From positions 2,102 to 66,101 of the forward strand of contig JBILWX010000006.1 of assembly GCA_044369655.1 (NCBI GenBank): 64,000 nt of DNA. The letters run 5' to 3'. A program made the translations under genes and the position numbers. The notes beneath the pieces were generated by a model. The model ran no database searches, was not told where the DNA came from, and saw only the letters and a program-made list of their open reading frames with translations. The DNA comes from Pirellulales bacterium (lineage in GTDB: Bacteria; Planctomycetota; Planctomycetia; Pirellulales; UBA1268). Of this stretch, positions 19,379 to 27,291 are shown piece after piece. Position 1 is the first letter of the stretch; each line of letters begins with the position of its first letter.

Positions 19379-20203
19379 ATGTCCACCAGCACGACTCTCA
19401 CCGGCCGACCGATGGCCACCGGTGGTTTGTTCGACTCACACGGGCGGCTGGTCCCCGGCAAGGGCGAAGTGGTCTACAGCCAGATCGACCGCCGGTACTT
19501 CAGCCTGGCCCAGCCGGGGTTTACGTTTTCAGGAGTCCTGGCGGCGGTCGCCAAGCACCTGTGCATCGCCGACCTCGATCGCCTCATATCCGCCGCGGAG
19601 TTCGAGCGGCGCTGCAAGGAATCGCAGAGAGCCATCCTCGACGACGCGGACCTCGCCGGCTTGTTTCGCGGCGTCCATGTGCCGTTCGTGCTCGTGCCAG
19701 CGACGGCGCGGGCTGACATCGGGGAGGAACTCGATGCGGCACTGCTGCCAGCCGTTGCCTCGGCGTACGTCGAGAAGGTGCCCGGCTTCGAGTTCCGCAA
19801 CTACCTCAAGGGCCAACTCGCCGGCGCCACCCCCGTCGTTCCCGGCGTCCGGTACGAGCGGATCGTCGCGAGGCATGCGAGGGAGGTGGTCACCGGTTGG
19901 TATTTTCCATGTGCTTTGGCCGGCTTCGCCATTCCGGAGCAACGGCGGGTGATGGCCCGACTCCCCGAGTCTCTCTCGCTTGCCGGGCCGCTCGAGGCGG
20001 CGATGGCGTTCATCGGCGTCCCCGACATCCTGATGCGGTTGGAAAATTATCCCAACCTGCTCGCACTTGCGGCGGTCCAACCGCCCGACCCGAGGTTCTT
20101 CCACTTTTTCGAGGCGTATGGCTGGAACCTCACCTACAACCAGCGGTCGATGGTTGGCGCCGCCTCCGAGTACTTTTCCGGCGGGCTCACCGTGTGCGGC
20201 TGA
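19379..20203 (+). CDS. Hypothetical protein (274 aa), no family recognised
   Basis: It has strong GC3 bias and sits between coupled genes. It starts at ATG MSTSTTLTGRP. The track start at 19319 overlaps the radical SAM stop. Confidence 0.6.
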   Translation: MSTSTTLTGRPMATGGLFDSHGRLVPGKGEVVYSQIDRRYFSLAQPGFTFSGVLAAVAKHLCIADLDRLISAAEFERRCKESQRAILDDADLAGLFRGVHVPFVLVPATARADIGEELDAALLPAVASAYVEKVPGFEFRNYLKGQLAGATPVVPGVRYERIVARHAREVVTGWYFPCALAGFAIPEQRRVMARLPESLSLAGPLEAAMAFIGVPDILMRLENYPNLLALAAVQPPDPRFFHFFEAYGWNLTYNQRSMVGAASEYFSGGLTVCG

Positions 20204-20219
20204 CGCCCGCGCCTCACGC

Positions 20220-20975
20220 ATGCACAGCGGGTCCGCGAAGTTCTACGGAACCTTTTATTCCGGTGCGGGCGACGCCCGTCGGAAGGCGTCGTTCGTGACG
20301 TCGCTCCTCTCTCCGCGGCTCGGTCGGATTGTCGACGTGGCCGCGGGCGTTGGAGATCTCGCGTTCATGCTGGCCCACGAGGGGCATCATGTCTTCGGGT
20401 TTGAGCCCTGCGGTGAGATGTACGCGGTCTTGTTCGACCGGTTCAGCCGTGATTCCGATATCCGTCATCTCGCCGCGCTGTTTCCGATGCGGTTCGACGA
20501 CTATCCTCTCGACCCGGAAGCTGATGCGGTGGTAGCCTCTAACCTCTGGTCGCACCTCGAGACGGTCGCGCGAGACTCCCTGGTTCGCAGGGTGTTTCGC
20601 GGGCTCAGGCCGGGAGGCTTTCTGGTCATGAACTGTGTTCAAGACACGCCCCTGCGAGCGGATCAGCCGTGGGATGAGGTCTACAAGCGGGTGTTCGGCA
20701 AGGTCGTGATTCGCCATTTCGCCTCATCGACGGTCGTTCCCGGTGGAGCCTCGCGACATATTCGCTTCGAATACCGCATGGAATACGAAGGTGCCTTCGT
20801 GCATTCCGAATCGACCGAATTCGTGCTGACGCTCGACTCGCCGGACGGTGTTTCCGCGAGGCTCGCTGCGGCCGGATTCGCCGACATCCGGATTCGCGGG
20901 AGCTTCGCCGATACCGACTACGATCCTCGTCTTCCCGGTTTTCTGGTTGTAGCCCGCAAGCCACAGGAGGACTGA
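20220..20975 (+). CDS. Class I SAM-dependent methyltransferase
   Basis: RIVDVAAGVGDLAFMLAHEGHHVFGFEP (motif I/II) and LRPGGFLVM. Confidence 0.75.
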   Translation: MHSGSAKFYGTFYSGAGDARRKASFVTSLLSPRLGRIVDVAAGVGDLAFMLAHEGHHVFGFEPCGEMYAVLFDRFSRDSDIRHLAALFPMRFDDYPLDPEADAVVASNLWSHLETVARDSLVRRVFRGLRPGGFLVMNCVQDTPLRADQPWDEVYKRVFGKVVIRHFASSTVVPGGASRHIRFEYRMEYEGAFVHSESTEFVLTLDSPDGVSARLAAAGFADIRIRGSFADTDYDPRLPGFLVVARKPQED

Positions 20976-20979
20976 GCCC

Positions 20980-21495
20980 ATGGAAACGACGGCGAGGATC
21001 CGCGAACTCGTGACCGAGCTCGACAGCCTCTTTCCCGACTCCCGGCAAGGGCTCCCGATCGAGCTCTTCTACTTCGTCAGCAGGCTGACGCCGTTGGTCA
21101 ACGTGGATCTCCTGATTCGCAATGACCGCGGCGAGATCCTGCTCACCTGGCGTCACGACCAGTTCTACAAGGGTTGGCACATACCCGGTGGCATCATCCG
21201 CTTCAAGGAGACTGCGGCCGAGCGGATCAAGGCCGTGGCCCATTCGGAGTTGGGCGCGAACGTGGAGGCTGACGCAACCCCGTGCGAGGTCCACGAAAAA
21301 CAGAACTGCCAACGGGATGTCCGCGGCCACTTCATCTCGCTGCTCTACGAAGCTCGGCTGACGTCTGGACTCGACGACGCCCGGAAATGTGTCGATGTCG
21401 CCCGGCCCATGGACGGGCAATGGGCCTGGCACGGGCCATGTCCGGATCTGCTGCTTCCCAATCACGCCAGCTACCGCCATCTCTTCCAGCCATGA
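20980..21495 (+). CDS. Nudix hydrolase, GDP-mannose mannosyl hydrolase-like (WcaH/Gmm type)
   Basis: WHIPGGIIRFKETAAERIKAVAHSELG parallels the modified Nudix box of E. coli WcaH ([27 protein letters not shown], from memory). Confidence 0.75.
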   Translation: METTARIRELVTELDSLFPDSRQGLPIELFYFVSRLTPLVNVDLLIRNDRGEILLTWRHDQFYKGWHIPGGIIRFKETAAERIKAVAHSELGANVEADATPCEVHEKQNCQRDVRGHFISLLYEARLTSGLDDARKCVDVARPMDGQWAWHGPCPDLLLPNHASYRHLFQP

Positions 21496-22655
21496 AGCCT
21501 GCGGCCATATCGATCGATGCCTGCCGAGTCTGCGGCCGCTCGTTTTTTCCGGAGCCGCTGTTTCGGTTCGTCGGCATGCCCGCCGTCGCCCAAAACTTCC
21601 CCCGACGCGAGGACTTGGCGGCGGACAGCGGCAGCGACTTCGACGTCGTCCAATGCTCTGCGTGCGGCCTCGTGCAGCTATCCTGCGGACCGGTCGCGTA
21701 TTACCGGGATGTCATCCGCGCTGCGGCCGTCTCACCCGAGATGGCCGAGCACCGGCGTCAGCAGTTCGATGGTTTCGTGCGGATGCACGGCCTTCACCGC
21801 CGTCCAGTCATCGAGATCGGCTGCGGAAGCGGCGAGTATCTGCGTTGGCTGAAGGAGGCGGGCACCGAAGCACACGGTCTGGAGCACAACGAGGCTGCAG
21901 TCGACGCGTGCCGACGCCAGGGACTGCACGTGCAACGGGGATTCGTGGAGGGGAAGGGAACACGGATTCCTGGCGGGCCGTTCGACGGCTTCGTGATGCT
22001 CAGCTGCCTGGAGCATGTACCCGACGTGAATGGCATGCTTTCCGGAATCCGGGCCAATCTGGCCCCTTCCGCCGTCGGCCTCGTCGAAGTGCCGAACTTC
22101 GACATGATCGTTACCGAGCAGACGGTGAGCGAGTTCATGACCGACCATCTCCTCTACTTCACACGCGAGACGCTCGAGACGACGCTGAGGATCAACGGGT
22201 TCGAGGTGCTCGACTGCCGGGCGACGTGGCACGACTACATCCTGACGGCGACTGTGCGCGCCAGGGCACCGCTCGAGGTGGCGACATTCGCGGCAGTGGC
22301 TGCCGCGGTGCGGCGGGACATCGACACCTTCATCGGTCGTTTTCCGCCCCGATCAGTCGTCGTCTGGGGGGCCGGTCACCAGGCTCTCGCGGCCCTGGCG
22401 ATGCATCGACTCGGTGATCGATTGGCCTATGTGGTCGATTCGGCCGCCTTCAAGCAGGATCGCTTCACTCCCGCCACGCACGTTCCGGTCCGCAGTCCAG
22501 CGGAATTGAAGTCCGATCCAGGCATCCGGGCCGTGATCGTGATGGGGGCGAGCTACTCCGACGAGATCAGGAGGACTCTCCGCAACGACTATTCCCCCGC
22601 GCTTTCCGTCGCGATCCTGCGGCCTGCGCATCTCGAAACGGACGCCGTGGCATGA
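21492..22655 (+). CDS. C-methyltransferase-like protein (Zn-ribbon, class I methyltransferase, C-terminal Rossmann-like domain)
   Basis: The start is the ATGA overlap with the Nudix stop. It has two CxxC pairs (CRVCGRS...CSACGLVQL), the core VIEIGCGSGEYL, and C-terminal VVVWGAGHQALAAL. Confidence 0.7.
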   Translation: MKPAAISIDACRVCGRSFFPEPLFRFVGMPAVAQNFPRREDLAADSGSDFDVVQCSACGLVQLSCGPVAYYRDVIRAAAVSPEMAEHRRQQFDGFVRMHGLHRRPVIEIGCGSGEYLRWLKEAGTEAHGLEHNEAAVDACRRQGLHVQRGFVEGKGTRIPGGPFDGFVMLSCLEHVPDVNGMLSGIRANLAPSAVGLVEVPNFDMIVTEQTVSEFMTDHLLYFTRETLETTLRINGFEVLDCRATWHDYILTATVRARAPLEVATFAAVAAAVRRDIDTFIGRFPPRSVVVWGAGHQALAALAMHRLGDRLAYVVDSAAFKQDRFTPATHVPVRSPAELKSDPGIRAVIVMGASYSDEIRRTLRNDYSPALSVAILRPAHLETDAVA

Positions 22656-23704
22656 AGCCCTTGCCCCGCGAAGACCTCGACGCTGCGATCGACCTCGCGG
22701 ACCAATGCTTCCGCGAGCTTCGCGGTGCCCGGATCTTCCTCACGGGGTGCACGGGATTTTTCGGTGTCTGGATACTGGAAACGCTTCGCCGGGCAGACGA
22801 GCGGTTTGGTCTCGGGCTCGATCTGACCCTGCTCAGTCGTTCGCCCAACGCATTCGTCGAGCAGCACCCGCACCTCGCCCCCGCCGACCGCCTGCGTTAT
22901 CTGCAGGGCGACATCCGGTCTTTCGCATTTCCCGTGGGTATCTTTTCACACGTCATTCACGGGGCGACGACGAACGCCCGGGAGACGTTCGCCGGTGAAG
23001 ATCCGCTACGGAAGTTCGACACCGTGGCGCTCGGAACTCGGCGTGTCTTGGAATTCTGCGAAAGTGGGTCCGTTTCCGACATGCTCTACGTCGGCTCGGG
23101 CGCCGTCTACGGCCGTCGCACGACGCCGGAGCCGATTTGCGAGGACGACCCGTTCGCGCCGCACCCGCTCGACGTGGGCATGACACTCGGGCATGCGAAA
23201 CGTGCCGCCGAACTTTTCTGTGCGATCTACGGGGCGCGATGTGCGACCCGGATCAAGATCGCCCGCTGCTTTTCCTTCGTGGGGCCGCAGTTGCCGCTCG
23301 ACATCCACTATGCGATCGGCAACTTCATCGCCGACGCAATTGCGGAACGCCCGATCACCGTCACCGGCACCGGCCGGGCGGTTCGGTCCTACATGTACAT
23401 GTCGGACCTCGTCGCCTGGCTGGTCACGATTCTGGTGCGGGGCACACCGCTTCGTCCGTACAATGTCGGATCCGAGGACGGTCGGCCGGTGCTTGAAATG
23501 GCAAACGTCGTGGCCAGAATTGCGGGCCAAAGGGTCCAGAGACCTCGGTTCCCGGAAAAGGAAGCACGAAGCTCTGCCGGCGATAACTACGTCCCGTCCG
23601 CTGCCCGCTCGATGTCGGAATTGGGGCTTCGCCAGTCCGTTCCGCTTGAAGAATCCATCCGCAAAATGCTGGCCTATCACGCTCTCCAGGGATTGAAGAC
23701 ATGA
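22652..23704 (+). CDS. NAD-dependent epimerase/dehydratase family (extended SDR)
   Basis: IFLTGCTGFFGVWILETL (GxxGxxG) and YVGSGAVYG. The expected YxxxK position reads LGHAK by my eye alignment (see findings). Confidence 0.75.
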   Translation: MKPLPREDLDAAIDLADQCFRELRGARIFLTGCTGFFGVWILETLRRADERFGLGLDLTLLSRSPNAFVEQHPHLAPADRLRYLQGDIRSFAFPVGIFSHVIHGATTNARETFAGEDPLRKFDTVALGTRRVLEFCESGSVSDMLYVGSGAVYGRRTTPEPICEDDPFAPHPLDVGMTLGHAKRAAELFCAIYGARCATRIKIARCFSFVGPQLPLDIHYAIGNFIADAIAERPITVTGTGRAVRSYMYMSDLVAWLVTILVRGTPLRPYNVGSEDGRPVLEMANVVARIAGQRVQRPRFPEKEARSSAGDNYVPSAARSMSELGLRQSVPLEESIRKMLAYHALQGLKT

Positions 23705-24630
23705 AAAAAGTTTCCGTCGTGATCCCGTGTTTCAACGAGGAAGAGAACGTCAACATAGTCTACGACCGCACCACCGATGTGTTTCGTCAGCTACCCGCCT
23801 ATGAATACGAGATTATCTTCATCGACAACGATTCGACCGACCGGACCGTGTCACTATTGAGGGAGATCGCGGCACGCGATAAGCGGGTGAAGGTGATCGT
23901 CAACTCCCGCAATTTCGGCCATCTGCGATCGCCATTTCACGCGCTGATGAACACGACCGGTGACGCGGCGCTCATGATGGCTGCCGATCTGCAGGATCCG
24001 CCGGAGCTCATTCTGGACTTCGTGCGCAAGTGGGAGGAAGGCAACGATATCGTTTTGGCGATCAAGGACCGCACCGATGAGAAGGGCCTTTTGCCGCACG
24101 TGCGGAAGCTCTACTACTTTTTCCTGGCGAGTATTTCGGAGAACGAAGTCGTCCAGGGGTTTCATGGCTACAGCCTTTTGGACAGGAAGGTCGTGGAGGC
24201 GATCAGGTTATTTCACGACCCGCTCCCGTTCTTCCGCAGCATGCTGCTGGAGGCTGGTTTCCGGAGAGCCGTCGTTCGTTTCTGTCAGCCAACGCGGAGG
24301 CGCGGCGTTACGGCGAACAATCTGTACTCGCTGTACGACACGGCGATGCTCGGAATCGTCCAAAACTCCAAGGTGCCACTTCGTATCGCAATCTTTGTCG
24401 GCTTTACGATCGCCTGCGGGAGTTTCGCTATCGCGATCGGTTATCTCATCCGCAAAGTGCTCTACTGGGACGACGTCTCGCTTGGCATCGCGCCGTTGCT
24501 CATCGGCCTGTTCTTTCTTTCAGGAACGCAGTTGATTTTTCTGGGAGTCATCGGCGAATACATCGGTGCGTTGTGCACGCAGGTCAAGAACAGGCCTTTG
24601 GTAATCGAGAGAGAGCGAATCAACTTCTGA
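23701..24630 (+). CDS. Polyprenyl-phosphate glycosyltransferase (GT2, GtrB/ArnC/DPM1-like)
   Basis: VSVVIPCFNEEENV, IIFIDNDSTDRT and MAADLQDPPE, plus two C-terminal TM helices (LRIAIFVGFTIACGSFAIAIGYLI and APLLIGLFFLSGTQLIFLGVIGEYI). Confidence 0.85.
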   Translation: MKKVSVVIPCFNEEENVNIVYDRTTDVFRQLPAYEYEIIFIDNDSTDRTVSLLREIAARDKRVKVIVNSRNFGHLRSPFHALMNTTGDAALMMAADLQDPPELILDFVRKWEEGNDIVLAIKDRTDEKGLLPHVRKLYYFFLASISENEVVQGFHGYSLLDRKVVEAIRLFHDPLPFFRSMLLEAGFRRAVVRFCQPTRRRGVTANNLYSLYDTAMLGIVQNSKVPLRIAIFVGFTIACGSFAIAIGYLIRKVLYWDDVSLGIAPLLIGLFFLSGTQLIFLGVIGEYIGALCTQVKNRPLVIERERINF

Positions 24631-24776
24631 GGGAATGAAAGTGTTCCGGGGCCCGAAAAACGAGGTATCGGGGCCGTGACGGGCCGGCCGCCACTTGCAC
24701 GGGCGAAAATCGGGACAACAATTGACAGGGGGTGGAGCCCCGCCAGGGGATGTCCTCGAAACAAAGGTGGCCGTAA

Positions 24777-26534
24777 ATGGACCGGATCCTCTTCGTCATA
24801 CCTCCGCACCTCAAGTGCGAAGATTTTCTTCACCCGGCCTACAACGCCCGGATTGAAACCCGTGACTCAGGGTGCAAGTTCGGTAGCGTGTTGACCGACA
24901 TGCCGCTCGGGCCGATGGCGCTCGCAGCGTATCTGAAGCACACTCGCGGCGATGAAATCGAGGTGCGAGTGCTGGACTTCAACGTCGAATTGAACTTCGT
25001 GCAGGAGTTTCCGTGGGCAAACTTTCGGGAGTATTTCGAACACGTCCTTCGGACAGGCCACGATCGCGTGAGTGGCGAAGCGTGGGTGGAGTATGCCCCC
25101 AATGTCATCGGGCTGTCGGTGCTCTTCAGTCCGTCGTACGACAATTTTCTCGACATTGCTGCCGCGGCACGGCTCGTGTTTCCTGAGTCGATTATCATGG
25201 CCGGAGGTGGCGTGCCAACCACGATGTACACGCAGATCTTCGCCGATTCGGATGCAATCGACGCTCTGTGTTTTGCCGAGGGCGAGAAGCCTCTTCACGA
25301 CTTTCTGGTGGCCACGGACCGACGCCGCTTCCTCGAGGAAAGCACGTCGTGGGTCACACGTGCCAAGAAGGATCTGCCCAAGTGTTCCTTCAAGCCGGAC
25401 TACGTGGTGGATCTCGACGAGATTCCTTTCGGTGACTATTCCGTCGTGCGCACGTAGGATTACTCACTCAATCCCGCTCTCACGGCATACGCAGGAGTTT
25501 TTCAAAAGAAGCAAAACTTCCACTACACAACGTCCCGAGGGTGCGTCTATCACTGCAACTTCTGCGCATCGCACAATGTCAATGGCCGAACCATGCGGTA
25601 CTACAGCGTTCCGCGTGTGAAGGCCGACCTGATGCGGCTGCGGGACGAGTGTGGTGCAAGAACGATCGTGTTTCAGGACGATCACTTCATGGGCGACCGC
25701 AACCGTGCGCTCGACATCGTCAACATCATCGGGGACCTGAAGCTCACGGCCGTGTTTCAGAACTCTCTCACGCTCTTCGCGCTGAAGCGTCCGATGCTGG
25801 AGGCGATGAAGCGGGCCGGCGTCAATCAATTGCTCCTGTCGGTCGAGTCGGGATCAGCCCGTGTTCTCCGGGAGATCATGCACAAACCGCTTACGTTGCC
25901 GATCGTCGAGCAGGTGGCGAATGACTGTCGCGATCTCGGCATCTATACCGACTGCAACATCCTGATCGGTAACATCCGGGAGACGGAGGCAGATATAGCC
26001 GAGGGGCGAGCGTTCCTCCGGAAGAGCTGTCCGGCCAACTGGTTCAAAATCTTCATAGCGACGCCGCTTGTCGGAAGCGAGTTCTACGAAGAAGCCAGGG
26101 CGAAGGGATTCATCACCGGAGACTTCGTCAACTTCGACTACAAGAAGGCGAATATCTCCACCGATGAGTTGAGCCAAGAGCGTGTGGAGCATCTCCAGTA
26201 TGAGCTCAACCTGGAGCTGAACTTCGTCTGCAACCACGACTTCCGGATTGGGGAAGAAAAGGTCGCAGCCGGCGACTACGAGGGCTCGGTTCGCAACTAC
26301 CGAACCGCGTTGCTCGGCTTCCTGAACGCCGTGAAGGCCAAGCCGAACCACGCCTTCGGTCATCACTTCGCAGCGATGTGCTACGATCGGCTCGGTGACA
26401 ATGAGAAGGCGGTCTACCATCGGGCGCATGCGGTACAAGCCTCGCAAGACCCTTTTTGGCAGAAGTGGCTGAGTGCTTTTCCACAGGTTGAAATCGGCAG
26501 GTGCCTGGAGTCCGTTGGCGTGCCGGCCGCTTAG
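24777..26534 (+). pseudogene. B12-binding radical SAM enzyme interrupted by a single in-frame TAG (25455-25457)
   Basis: Track ORFs 24777-25457 and 25593-26534 are in the same frame (816 nt apart). The stretch after the TAG translates DYSLNPALTAYAGVFQKKQNFHYTTSRGCVYHCNFCASHNVNGRTMRYY, which carries the CxxxCxxC motif. The N-terminal part looks like a B12-binding domain. The C-terminal end is TPR-like. Confidence 0.8.
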
Positions 26535-26597
26535 GATCGCTGGCGTAGCGTTGTCGAACAATGCTGCGATCGCGGACGGGTTTCGCGACGACGGGTA

Positions 26598-27260
26598 CTA
26601 GGACGCCGTCGGCTGAGAGGTCACGGCCATGGCGAACGCGTGAACGACCTCCTCCGGACGGAGTACGAACGTCGTCGTCGGCTCACGCTCCCCAGGGCCC
26701 GCCCCCCAACTCGCGAGGATGCATGGCAAGCCGACTTGCCGAGCAGCTTCGACGTCGGCCGTGGTGTCGCCAAGATATACGGCCGCAGACGGCGACAAAA
26801 CTGTGAGGATGTCACGAAGCATCTGAGCCTTCGTGCGAGGGGCGGGTGGCCGCGAGTCCACCGTTTCCACAACCGCAAAGCGGTCTTGCCAGCCCAGCGA
26901 CTCAAGGATCAATGCGGTGGGTGCGCGCCTCTTGTTCGTCGCGAGCGCCAACCTCCATCCCTTCGCGATCACCGCCCGGAGCATCTCTTCCACGCCGACG
27001 AACGGAGCCGTGAGTCGACACGCCCCGCCGTCGTAGGCCTTGGTGAATTCGTTTCGCAGACGATCAAGGACATCTCCCGCGCCAAGCCCTGTCACGCGTC
27101 GTAGTAATTCATCCAACGGAGGGCCGATGATCGCCGCATCGAGTGGTTCGGAAGGCTCGATGCCCGCCGTGGAACAGGCCTGACGGAGGGCTTCCGCGAC
27201 GCCAGGCTGCGAGTCGACGAGGGTGCCGTCGAGGTCACAAATGAGGAGCGGCGGTCCCAT
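26598..27260 (-). CDS. HAD-IA family phosphatase
   Basis: LLICDLDGTLVDS (motif I), LATNK, and YLGDTTADVEAA (motif IV). Confidence 0.8.
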   Translation of the reverse strand: MGPPLLICDLDGTLVDSQPGVAEALRQACSTAGIEPSEPLDAAIIGPPLDELLRRVTGLGAGDVLDRLRNEFTKAYDGGACRLTAPFVGVEEMLRAVIAKGWRLALATNKRRAPTALILESLGWQDRFAVVETVDSRPPAPRTKAQMLRDILTVLSPSAAVYLGDTTADVEAARQVGLPCILASWGAGPGEREPTTTFVLRPEEVVHAFAMAVTSQPTAS

Positions 27261-27291
27261 GCAGATCGGTCCTTTCGGGCACAGGGCGGTG

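Noticed and set aside
24630-24777. TTGACA at about 24721 as a promoter for the B12-radical SAM gene.
   Set aside because: No acceptable -10 hexamer lies at 16-18 nt spacing, so it was not annotated.
25455-25457. The TAG in the B12-radical SAM gene as a pyrrolysine or programmed recoding site.
   Set aside because: No pyl genes or recoding signals are visible in the window. Pyrrolysine is not expected in this lineage. A nonsense mutation or sequencing error is the simpler explanation. It is kept as a finding only for verification.
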